A DNA stretch of 64,000 nucleotides from Candidatus Micrarchaeia archaeon (GTDB lineage: Archaea; Micrarchaeota; Micrarchaeia; Anstonellales; Bilamarchaeaceae): contig JBAZFC010000001.1 in the NCBI GenBank assembly GCA_041653635.1, forward strand, positions 902,969-966,968, written 5' to 3'. Both the position numbers and the translations under genes were made by a program. Positions within the stretch are counted from its first letter, which is position 1. Every line of letters starts with the position of its first letter. Below are positions 27,987-36,320 of this stretch, piece by piece. Below the pieces are notes generated by a model. The model was given only the letters and a program-made list of their open reading frames with translations, was not told the origin of the DNA and ran no database searches.

Positions 27987-28145
27987 TTAGTGCCTCAGCT
28001 TGAGCCAGCGCGCCACTTCCTCCTTTTTCTGCACGCACTGCGCGCAGAACGCATGCGTCATCCCGTCCACGTCGGTACGCTTGGAGGCCTCGCTATGCAC
28101 GATTCCGGCATCGCACAATGCGCATTTTTCCTGCCCTTCAAACAT
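27987..28145 (-). CDS. 52-aa zinc-ribbon protein (paralogue A)
   Basis: MFEGQEKCALCDAGIVHSEASKRTDVDGMTHAFCAQCVQKKEEVARWLKLRH, with CxxC...CxxC. AGGTG lies ~5 nt before the ATG. The ORF-track entry 27987-28283 is an upstream extension. Confidence 0.5.
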   Translation of the reverse strand: MFEGQEKCALCDAGIVHSEASKRTDVDGMTHAFCAQCVQKKEEVARWLKLRH

Positions 28146-28203
28146 AACGCCACCTGTTATGTATGATATGCAAGAGGGAATAAAAAGGGCGTGCAATGCG
28201 TGC

Positions 28204-28362
28204 CTAATCCTTCGTCCCGAGCTTCCTCGCCACTTCTTCGGCATTGCCCGCGCAGCGCTCGCAGAATGAGTAAGCCACTCCATCCAGCCCGGTCCTCCTC
28301 TTCACGGCGCAGTCGGACAGGTCCTTCCTGCACAGCGCGCAATTCTCTTTCAGATGCAACAT
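28204..28362 (-). CDS. 52-aa zinc-ribbon protein (paralogue B)
   Basis: Hand-translated as MLHLKENCALCRKDLSDCAVKRRTGLDGVAYSFCERCAGNAEEVARKLGTKD. It aligns without gaps to paralogue A (19/52 identical by my count). Not in the ORF track because it is under 60 aa. Confidence 0.5.
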   Translation of the reverse strand: MLHLKENCALCRKDLSDCAVKRRTGLDGVAYSFCERCAGNAEEVARKLGTKD

Positions 28363-28496
28363 TCAAACGCCTCTTCCAGTTTTCCGCATCCGGCAACCGG
28401 CACCCGGTTCCCGGCAATCCTTTGCGGAACAGCTCCACACATAGAAGAAAGCAAATAAAAAGGTGGAGGAATGAAGGTATTTGGAACGGGGATGCT

Positions 28497-28814
28497 ATGG
28501 CGGGAAAAATTGCTGGTGGGGCAGGAAGCGGTGCGCCTTCTTATTCTCCATCCGACATAAGCCGCCTGGAAAAATCCGCGCTGGACCGGGCGAACAAGGC
28601 GGTCTCCGCGATAGAGAACGCAATCGCATTGTGGGAGGCGTCCCCGCAGAAGCCGCAGGACATAGGGCTCAGGGTGGGGCGGCTCGTGCATTTCTACGGA
28701 GAAATAACCAAGTGGGAGAGGAAGATGCTGAAATCCGCGGGAAGGAAGCGTGACATGTTGGCGAGGATAGCTCTCCTCCGGGAGTTCAGCGACATCTGCC
28801 ACGCGTCGGCATAG
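28497..28814 (+). CDS. small helical protein immediately upstream of the giant ORF
   Basis: 105 aa from MAGKIAGG, taken as the first plausible Met not overlapping the divergent genes. It ends 12 nt before the 1559-aa ORF. Confidence 0.4.
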   Translation: MAGKIAGGAGSGAPSYSPSDISRLEKSALDRANKAVSAIENAIALWEASPQKPQDIGLRVGRLVHFYGEITKWERKMLKSAGRKRDMLARIALLREFSDICHASA

Positions 28815-28826
28815 GGGAATGGAAAC

Positions 28827-31800
28827 ATGGCAAGGCCAGCACAGCGGGGGAGGGAAGAGGTTCCTGAGGCCCAGCGTGCGGAGGAGGCGGCAAACGAATT
28901 CCTGAGGCAGGGCGCAGAGCAGCACGCGCCCGTATCCCCGCAGGTGCTGGGGCAGCTGGAGAGCGCGGAGGAAACATTGCGCTCCGCGCTGCTCGTCGCG
29001 GGGGAAATAGACCGGACATTAGGGCTCTCTCCGGAGCAGGCGGGCTCGCGGCTCGGGGAATATATGGAAAGGATGCGCGGCGCGCTGGAAGAATTCGCGC
29101 AGGCGCAGGTAGGGGGCGTGGAGGGAAGGTTCGGCCAGCCCGCGCAGCAGATTCTTGGGGAACTGGAAAACGCGGAGAGGATGCTCGCGGGCGGGGATTC
29201 CTCCGGGGCGCAGGCCGCTTTTGACAATGCGCAGATGCACCTTGAGCAGCTCGCAGAGGTTGTGTCCCGCGCAAGGGGGCTTTTCGCCTCAGGCGCGCCG
29301 CCTGCGATTGCGGACGCGATGGATTCCGCCGCCTCGTTCTTCATGCAGGGGGACGCGATGCGCGCAAGGATTCTTTTGGACGCCGCGGACGCGTTCCTCC
29401 GCAACAGGGATTTCCTTCTCAGCTCGGTTGGCGATTATTACCTTTCCACACTCTCGGATTTCGCGGGCGCAGTTGCGGATGCGCGTGAAGGCGTGGAGCA
29501 CGAGGCCGCCGCTGCGGGGCTTGCGGGCTTTGAGGCGAATTTGAAGGAGGATTGGGGAAGGATTTCCGGCATAATAGCGGAATGCACGGTGCTCATGGAA
29601 AGCGGGCCTGGGAGAGCTTCGGAGGAGGGGAGCGCAAAATGGCTCGCGGGGAAGGCGATGGACGCGCTCCGTGAAGGGAATGTGGAAGTGGCCGCGCTCG
29701 CATACTCGCTTGCGCGCATGGAGGCGGATGCGAAGGGGCTGGACAGAAGGAAGGGCGCGGAGGATTATATAGATAATTATGCTGATGCGCTGCGCGCCGT
29801 GAAGGAGGGTGCGGAGCCGGAGGAGCTTGTGCGGCTTGCCTCGGATGTGCACGGAGGGGCGCTGCGGATTGAGGCGGAGAAGCTTGCGGCAGGGTATTCT
29901 GCACGCGAGGGGGCCTCAGCCGCGGAGAATGAGAGGAGGGAACGTATTTCAGCCGCCGCGGATATTGTGGCGATGAGGGTTTCTGAAGGGGATTTGCAGG
30001 GGGCGGAGCGCCTCCTTTACATGGCAACGCAGTACGCGAAGGCGCTGGATTCCACTCCCCATGCATGGAGGACCGGGCTGGAGAACTCGCTTGAGATGGA
30101 GAATGCGATTGATGCGGAGAGGATAAGCGGCACGGACTCGCTCGCCCAATTCGGGGGGGCGCTGTTGCTCCAGGATGCGGCTACGCAGGCGTCCGCGCTT
30201 CGGGCATCATTGGCTGGGGCAGGATGGGGCGAAGCGGTTGCGCACCAAACTGAAATGGTTTTCGGTGCGCTGCGCTCAGTGGAGGCACTGGCAGCCGAAG
30301 GGAAGGGTGAGGAGGCCGCCGCGCTGCTCGCGCTCTCCGCGCTATATGTGAATGCGGTGGGAAGCATTGCCCGGAGAGATGCGGGGTCGAAGATAACCTC
30401 GCTGGATGCGCGGTTTGATTCGTCGCAGATGGAGGATGCGCTTCTTGGTTTTGCGGAACCGGGTGCGGACCTGGATTCCCTCTCTTCGCTTTTCGTACAG
30501 GGCTATTCCGCCAGCGAGCGGCTCGCGGTGGAGATGCAGGCCGAGGCGCTGTACGCACTTACGGAAGGGCGCTCGCTGGGGAGGGACACCGTGGGGAAGG
30601 CGCTGGAGATTGCACAGCAGCGCGCCTCGCAGGGCGACCTTGAGGGCGCGCGCCTGCTGATGGGATACGTGGAGGATTATTACGGGATCGCAGGGGCGGT
30701 GGAAACCGGCAGGATGCTGGAAAATGGAAACCCGGAACTGGAAACCGTGGAAGCGGGCTGGAGGTATTCGCAATTCTCCGGCGAGAATACGCCCATCCCC
30801 GGCTACGCTTCAGGGATGCAGGACATGCTGGATTGCATGAGGTGGGAAATCGCAATTACCGAGGGAAGAAGGGAGGACACCTCCGAATCCCACCGCGAGG
30901 CTCAGGGGATTTTCCTGCGCGGGGCCCAGAGGATTGCGGACACCGGGCGGCTGATGTCCGCATTTTCCGAATACAAGGATTTGTATTTCAGCGAGCAGCC
31001 GGACGTTTCCAGCGTGGAATTCCGTACCGGCGTGCATGCGATGCGCCTGCGGGAGGCCGGGGGGATTCCATCCGCCGCGGTGGAGGCGCCAGTTGCAACC
31101 GTGGAGGTTTCCGCAGCCGGGCCGTCCATACGGTTCGCGGACGTGCGCGCATACGATTTGGCGCACCATGGGGAGGACGAGGCGCTGAGGGGAAGCCCCA
31201 CGCTGGAGCAGCTGCTCGCGAACTGCGAGGCCGCCGCGCTAAGCGGGAACGTGGATGCATACAATGAGGCAAAGGGTGCGCTGGAGGAACAATTCGGGCT
31301 GGTTGCCGAACGCCTCGTAAGGGCCAGGAACATAGAGAATTCAATTGCGCAGCTTAACCTCGCAGGGGAGGGGCTTGGAAGCATAATCAAATCATATTAT
31401 GATTCGCTGGAGGGAAGCGAACTAACGGACGCGGAAAAGGAAACCGTGAGGCATTCGGCGCAGCAGAAGGCAATGGAGCTGGACGGGAGGAGGCAGGAGC
31501 TCTCGCTCCGCCTCGGCGGGATGCTCTACTCGCTGGACGACTACCTGGATGCGTCCTCTGCCGCGCTCTCCGATTATGCGGAATTCCTGAAGGATTTCAA
31601 GGTGGAGAGGGACAACGCCGCCGCGATAATGACCGGCGCTTCCTTCCTCACCGCGCAGATGCAGGAGCTGGAAAATTATGCGAAGACGCTCACGCCCACC
31701 GCAGCGCCGCCGCAGGCGCGGGAGGCGCTCTCCCAATCAAGGGAATTCCTGGAGGACGCGCTGAAGGCGCTGGTGCAGGGCAACCTTCCGCTCGCGCAGA

Positions 31801-33506
31801 GGGCGTACGCGGCCTCGGTCGGGCACAGGATTCTGGCGATGGAGGGCTATATGCTCGGCGGGAGCGGCGAGGTCTCCGCTTCCGAGCAGGAGCGCGGCTT
31901 CACGCAGGGGGAATGGGGGGAGTTCTCGGATTATTTCAAATTGCAGAAGGATGCGTTCGCGCTTGCGATTTCCTCCCCGGACCAGAGGGGCGAGATAGAG
32001 TGGAGGCAGAAGGCAACCGGGCTGGTGGAGCTCGCGGTGTTCGGCATACCTATGCATGAATTGAGCCAGTCGCTCGCTGATTTCAATTCTTCGCAGAGGG
32101 AGGTGCTCGGGCTTGTTTCCGAGCTTGCGAAGCCGGAGAACTCGCTATTCGTGGGGCAGAACCTGTCCGATGCGGAGCGGATGATAGAGGAGATGCAGGG
32201 GCGCGTGGAGGACAATAGGTTCTGGTTCCATGCAGGGATTACCGCGGGCGGCACGGTTGTGGGCTTCATCCCCGTGGTCGGGCCGACGCTCACCACCATA
32301 ATATTCACAAGCACGGCGATAGATTCTGTGGTCACGGAATACGAGGCGACGGGCCAGGTCTCTGCGCAGAACTGGTGGAACCTCGGGCTCATGATTGGCA
32401 CGGGCATGCTCGGGGCCGCATCGCAGATGCTCCGCACCGCGCAGATGGAGGCGATGGAAATCGGGGCGCTCGCAAGCGCGCGCAGCATAGGGCGCGTTGC
32501 GACAGGTGTCAATATTGCGAGCCTTGGGGTTGGCGGGTATTTCATGGTGGATATGAGCATCGCCGCCTCGGAACAGTTCGCTGCAGGAAATGCACGCGAG
32601 GCCGTCATTAGTTTAGGGATGGCGCTCATGCCCGCGGTGCACCTAGGGAGCGCCGCTGGGGGTTTTGTTGCCGCGCGCGAGATGCGGGCAGAACAGAGGG
32701 CTGCACGCGAGCAGGCGGCCCGCATGGCTGTCGCATCCGCGCTTGAGCTCATAGAAAGAAGGCGGCCCGCGGAGATAAGTATCAGGGAGGTTACGCGGGC
32801 CCTGGAGGAGAGGGTCCGGCCCCCTGCGCGGGAAGAGGCGGCAACACGCGAAGCCGGGGCTGGAGCGGCTGCCGCGCGCACCGTGGAAACCGAAGGCAGG
32901 GCGCCAGGCGCAGAAGCCGCCCTCGCCACAGGAACAGCGAATACCGGCACCGCATACAGGATGCAACAGGGCCGCGCAGGCGCGCACATGGACGTGGAAC
33001 AGATTGATTCAACGCTGCGCAGAATGGTGACCACCAGCACAACCACGGAGGAGAGGGCTGCGGCGCTGGACTCTTTCGCGAGGCTTTCCCCGGAGGAGCA
33101 GGCGCTTTTCATCTCAGGGCTCCACGAGGAGAGGAGGAATGCTGAGATAGCCTACCTCACCGAATTCGCGGCGCTCAACTCGGAAGTGGGCCGTGCAATC
33201 GAAAGCGCATATGCCGGGCAACTTGGGAAATATGCCGACGTGGGGCCCGGCGTGCTCAGCGACATATACATACAGGCGGGCTCCCTCCAGCAGGCGAGGC
33301 AGTACCTCGCCCAAGCGCTTGGGATAGAGCTCGTGCCGTACAGCAGAATGCTCGTAAACGAGTACGTGGGCTTCAGGACGCTCGCGGATGACGGCTTCCT
33401 TTTCGGCATGCTCACCTCCGGGGACATGCTTGGCGCAATAAGGGAGATGCATCCCGGCGGCAGGGTGACATCCATAGAATTCATAACTGCCTCGGTGGGC
33501 GCATAG
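28827..33506 (+). CDS. giant (1559 aa) Ala-rich alpha-helical protein with C-proximal 4-TM block
   Basis: Uninterrupted 4.7-kb ORF. About 1150 aa are Ala/Glu/Leu/Arg-rich helical sequence. Four hydrophobic segments follow ('FHAGITAGGTVVGFIPVVGPTLTTIIF','WWNLGLMIGTGMLGAA','VNIASLGVGGYFMV','VISLGMALMPAVHLGSAAGGFVAA'), then a ~270-aa tail. Confidence 0.8.
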   Translation: MARPAQRGREEVPEAQRAEEAANEFLRQGAEQHAPVSPQVLGQLESAEETLRSALLVAGEIDRTLGLSPEQAGSRLGEYMERMRGALEEFAQAQVGGVEGRFGQPAQQILGELENAERMLAGGDSSGAQAAFDNAQMHLEQLAEVVSRARGLFASGAPPAIADAMDSAASFFMQGDAMRARILLDAADAFLRNRDFLLSSVGDYYLSTLSDFAGAVADAREGVEHEAAAAGLAGFEANLKEDWGRISGIIAECTVLMESGPGRASEEGSAKWLAGKAMDALREGNVEVAALAYSLARMEADAKGLDRRKGAEDYIDNYADALRAVKEGAEPEELVRLASDVHGGALRIEAEKLAAGYSAREGASAAENERRERISAAADIVAMRVSEGDLQGAERLLYMATQYAKALDSTPHAWRTGLENSLEMENAIDAERISGTDSLAQFGGALLLQDAATQASALRASLAGAGWGEAVAHQTEMVFGALRSVEALAAEGKGEEAAALLALSALYVNAVGSIARRDAGSKITSLDARFDSSQMEDALLGFAEPGADLDSLSSLFVQGYSASERLAVEMQAEALYALTEGRSLGRDTVGKALEIAQQRASQGDLEGARLLMGYVEDYYGIAGAVETGRMLENGNPELETVEAGWRYSQFSGENTPIPGYASGMQDMLDCMRWEIAITEGRREDTSESHREAQGIFLRGAQRIADTGRLMSAFSEYKDLYFSEQPDVSSVEFRTGVHAMRLREAGGIPSAAVEAPVATVEVSAAGPSIRFADVRAYDLAHHGEDEALRGSPTLEQLLANCEAAALSGNVDAYNEAKGALEEQFGLVAERLVRARNIENSIAQLNLAGEGLGSIIKSYYDSLEGSELTDAEKETVRHSAQQKAMELDGRRQELSLRLGGMLYSLDDYLDASSAALSDYAEFLKDFKVERDNAAAIMTGASFLTAQMQELENYAKTLTPTAAPPQAREALSQSREFLEDALKALVQGNLPLAQRAYAASVGHRILAMEGYMLGGSGEVSASEQERGFTQGEWGEFSDYFKLQKDAFALAISSPDQRGEIEWRQKATGLVELAVFGIPMHELSQSLADFNSSQREVLGLVSELAKPENSLFVGQNLSDAERMIEEMQGRVEDNRFWFHAGITAGGTVVGFIPVVGPTLTTIIFTSTAIDSVVTEYEATGQVSAQNWWNLGLMIGTGMLGAASQMLRTAQMEAMEIGALASARSIGRVATGVNIASLGVGGYFMVDMSIAASEQFAAGNAREAVISLGMALMPAVHLGSAAGGFVAAREMRAEQRAAREQAARMAVASALELIERRRPAEISIREVTRALEERVRPPAREEAATREAGAGAAAARTVETEGRAPGAEAALATGTANTGTAYRMQQGRAGAHMDVEQIDSTLRRMVTTSTTTEERAAALDSFARLSPEEQALFISGLHEERRNAEIAYLTEFAALNSEVGRAIESAYAGQLGKYADVGPGVLSDIYIQAGSLQQARQYLAQALGIELVPYSRMLVNEYVGFRTLADDGFLFGMLTSGDMLGAIREMHPGGRVTSIEFITASVGA

Positions 33507-33515
33507 AGGATAAGG

Positions 33516-35135
33516 GTGGAAGGGCCGGACGGGGTTGCGCACGACGTTTACGCGAAGAGGCAGGAGCTCATGCCAGACCACAGAGCAGATGCCGAAAGCA
33601 ACAGGTCCGGGATACCTGCGCCCCCAGTGATAACCACCAGGATGGGCGGGGAGTCGCTCCAGTACATGCAGCCGGACGGCACGCTGTCCGCGTACGGGAT
33701 AATGGATGACATACTGGAGTACCACGGGGTGCTGCCCATGGCCGGCAGGAACGTGGAGGTGCGGGCGATAGGGGGCAGCAGCGTGAGGGACTTTGAATTC
33801 AGCCCGGAATTCACAGAAATGCTGGCCACGGATCCGCAGAGGTTCTGGGAGGAATACGGGTTCGCGATGGCCGGCTCGTATTTCATGGGCGTCGGAGACA
33901 GGCATGCGCGCAACGTGTTCCTGCTCAAGCTGGAGCTCGTAAACCCGTCTGCGGGGGACCTTGCGGCGCTCGGATATGAACTCAGGACGGGGCCCGCAGG
34001 GGAGAGGCGGCTTGTGCAGGCCTCCGAATTCCCCGCCCGACACCTGGAGATGGACGCCGAAGGGAGGATAACCATGACCTCCTTCGCCAACATAGACATA
34101 GACTCGGCGGGTTCGTACCTCGCCAGCCGGAGGCCGGACGGCAGCTTTGACTTCTCTGCCATGAATGAAGACTATGGAAAGGATGCCGTGCACAAATTCT
34201 TCGTGAGGCTCACCAGGAATGTGAACATACACGAGGCGGCGCTTGCGGCCTCGGAGGGAAGGGAACCGCAGTTCGTTGCCGTGGAAGATGTAGTGCGGCA
34301 GGCATTCGGGCAGCCGGGCAGAGGGCCGCTTTTCAACGGAATACTTCAATGGTTCACGGAATTCGGGAGGGAAAGCGAGTATGTTGATGCGCTTGCAGCC
34401 ATGTTCGGCGAGAGTGCGGGTCAGCACGCAGGCCTGGGCATCCCCATGCTGGAGCCGGAGATGGCAAGGTTCAGGGAGAACGGCTACTCATACCGCCCCG
34501 AACCGATGAATGGGGACCCGATTACGCTGATAGAATTCTCCGATGGCAGGCAGGTGATGCGGCCGAGGTATGAATATGCTGCATCCTACCCGGAAGAATT
34601 CAATGGCGTGTTCCCGCAGGGCAGGAAGGTCTATGTGGCGCCCGTGCCTGCGGATTTCCCTGGCGCGGTTGGATTCGGGGCAAATACTGCGTTCGCAGTA
34701 TTCGGGTCCGCGGCAGAAATTCCCCCGGAGCTTGCCGGAAGCGCGGTGGAGGCAATAAGGTTCGGAAGCGCGATAAGGGCGGGCGTTGGCTTCGGGGAAA
34801 TCACCGGCCAGTCCACGACTGAATGCGGGCAGCTGCCGGCGCTGCAATCTCTCGCTGAGGGTGGCGGCCCCGCAATGGTAAGAAGCTGGATCAGGATAGG
34901 AGAACTCATAATCAGGACGGAACGCGAGGAGCGCACGCTTGCGGAAGCCGCGGCTTCGGATGGCGACACATCTGCCCTGGACACTTATACTTCGGAAAGG
35001 TACCCGCCTGGCGCGGCAACGCAGCCGCGGCCTAGGGAACAGGCACCGCGTGCAGAAGAAGAATCGCCATCTTCATCAGAAGAAGCCACTAGGGAAGAGG
35101 CAACGCGGGAAGAAGCAACGAGGCCCGAAATCTAA
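33516..35135 (+). CDS. PI3K/PI4K-like (atypical) kinase-domain protein
   Basis: GTG start 6 nt after a GAGGA that overlaps the giant ORF's stop. 'FMGVGDRHARNVFLL' matches the PI3/PI4-kinase catalytic loop G-x-GDRH-x-x-N. 'FANIDIDSAG' sits in the DFG-equivalent position. The C-terminal tail carries a tandem 'EEATR' repeat. Confidence 0.55.
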   Translation: MEGPDGVAHDVYAKRQELMPDHRADAESNRSGIPAPPVITTRMGGESLQYMQPDGTLSAYGIMDDILEYHGVLPMAGRNVEVRAIGGSSVRDFEFSPEFTEMLATDPQRFWEEYGFAMAGSYFMGVGDRHARNVFLLKLELVNPSAGDLAALGYELRTGPAGERRLVQASEFPARHLEMDAEGRITMTSFANIDIDSAGSYLASRRPDGSFDFSAMNEDYGKDAVHKFFVRLTRNVNIHEAALAASEGREPQFVAVEDVVRQAFGQPGRGPLFNGILQWFTEFGRESEYVDALAAMFGESAGQHAGLGIPMLEPEMARFRENGYSYRPEPMNGDPITLIEFSDGRQVMRPRYEYAASYPEEFNGVFPQGRKVYVAPVPADFPGAVGFGANTAFAVFGSAAEIPPELAGSAVEAIRFGSAIRAGVGFGEITGQSTTECGQLPALQSLAEGGGPAMVRSWIRIGELIIRTEREERTLAEAAASDGDTSALDTYTSERYPPGAATQPRPREQAPRAEEESPSSSEEATREEATREEATRPEI

Positions 35136-35164
35136 GTGCCATGGGGCAAAAAGGAATTTGTGGT

Positions 35165-35785
35165 TCAATGCACCGTTTCAAGCCTTGCCATGGAGGAATG
35201 GCCGGTTTCACGGTCGCATACTGCGATGAGGCCGTTTCCCGCCGCGGCACTGGCCCCCGCCCGCCTCAGCGCCACTTCAATCGCAGTCTTTATGACCGCC
35301 CAGCCCTGCCTGCCGTCCCCTCTGTATTCCTGCACGATTCCCCGCACCACTATCCTGCGCCTGGCGTCAAAAAGCAGGAAGTGCGTCGCGCTGGCGCTGT
35401 CATAAACCATGAAGCCGTATTCCATCCCGGTGGAGAAGGACTTGCCGCCAGCCCTGAGGCCCTGGAAAATGGCGCCCATATCCGTGTTATCCGTACTGCA
35501 GTATTGCAAATATGGCCCGGGCAGGTAGAATAACTTATCCGGGACGCCAAGGAGGCGCTCCAGGTCCGCGTCCCATCCTGTGCCCATTGATTTGAGGAAA
35601 TTGATTGCTTCGGAAGCAGGCACCTCTTTAGGATTTGGGATAGTTTTGTCCTGCGGGGGTGTGCGGGCCTCCATCAACTTACGGTATGCCTCGGTCTTGT
35701 AATAAGGAACGCTCTTGCCGCCGTTCCCATTCTTGGGGTCGGAATTGTGGTTTCCTGCAGCAGCGTTCGGGCCCATCCTTATCAT
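35165..35785 (-). CDS. hypothetical protein with possible Cys-His-Asp (transglutaminase/papain-like) core
   Basis: 206 aa. 'YCSTDNTDMGAIFQGLRAGGKS....GFMVYDSASATHFLLFDA' resembles the transglutaminase-like C...H..D arrangement. This is a weak call made by eye. Confidence 0.4.
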   Translation of the reverse strand: MIRMGPNAAAGNHNSDPKNGNGGKSVPYYKTEAYRKLMEARTPPQDKTIPNPKEVPASEAINFLKSMGTGWDADLERLLGVPDKLFYLPGPYLQYCSTDNTDMGAIFQGLRAGGKSFSTGMEYGFMVYDSASATHFLLFDARRRIVVRGIVQEYRGDGRQGWAVIKTAIEVALRRAGASAAAGNGLIAVCDRETGHSSMARLETVH

Positions 35786-35837
35786 GGTGTTAATTCCGCA
35801 TGAAAAGTATTAAAACCCGCCACACCAACAGTTACGC

Positions 35838-36320
35838 ATGAAGCTCCCATCCTCATTGGGGAAGATGAAGGCGGGCTCGCTCCCGCGCTCATTCTACGGC
35901 GAGCTGGAGGAATTCTTCTCTTCTTTGAAGCCGGGCACCACGATAACGGGCAGAACCAGTTTGCTCACGATATGCAGGCGCCTGCAGGACGCGAAAACGG
36001 GGAAGGTCTCCGCGAAGCGGCTGAAGGACGCGGAGAGGATGATAAAAGCGCTATGCGCGGCCGCGGAAATAAGGGGGCTGCAATACGGGAAGGTGGCGCA
36101 GCGGGAGGCTCCGGCACCGGGCAGCCGCATTGCACCTGAAAGGCATCCCATTCCCGAGGGAATTGTAAAAGCCGGGCCCGCCTCCGTGCCGAGGGAAATC
36201 CTTGAGCAGAGGAAGAGGGTTGCGGACGCCGCGGAGAAGGCGGGAATACTTCCCCCGGACCTTGATTACAGGAATACAGACCTGAGGCACATGGCAAAAC
36301 GGCTGGGGCTGGAAAAATGA
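35838..36320 (+). CDS. hypothetical protein, translationally coupled to the HicB-like gene
   Basis: 160-aa ORF whose stop overlaps the hicB-like ATG (ATGA). No HicA-like motif seen. Confidence 0.4.
   Translation: MKLPSSLGKMKAGSLPRSFYGELEEFFSSLKPGTTITGRTSLLTICRRLQDAKTGKVSAKRLKDAERMIKALCAAAEIRGLQYGKVAQREAPAPGSRIAPERHPIPEGIVKAGPASVPREILEQRKRVADAAEKAGILPPDLDYRNTDLRHMAKRLGLEK

Noticed and set aside
28157-28438. 93-aa minus-strand track ORF overlapping zinc-ribbon paralogue B in another frame
   Set aside because: It has Arg/Glu/Gly-rich composition without motifs. The alternative 52-aa frame has a paralogue of identical length next door, which is much stronger evidence.
31931-34427. Long minus-strand ORFs (393 aa at 31931-33112; 437 aa at 33114-34427) antisense to the giant ORF and the kinase-like ORF
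   Set aside because: Their composition is Ser/Ala/Arg/Pro-biased, typical of the reverse frame of GC-rich Ala/Glu codons. They have no motifs and no SD/start context, and they fully overlap far longer or better-supported plus-strand genes.
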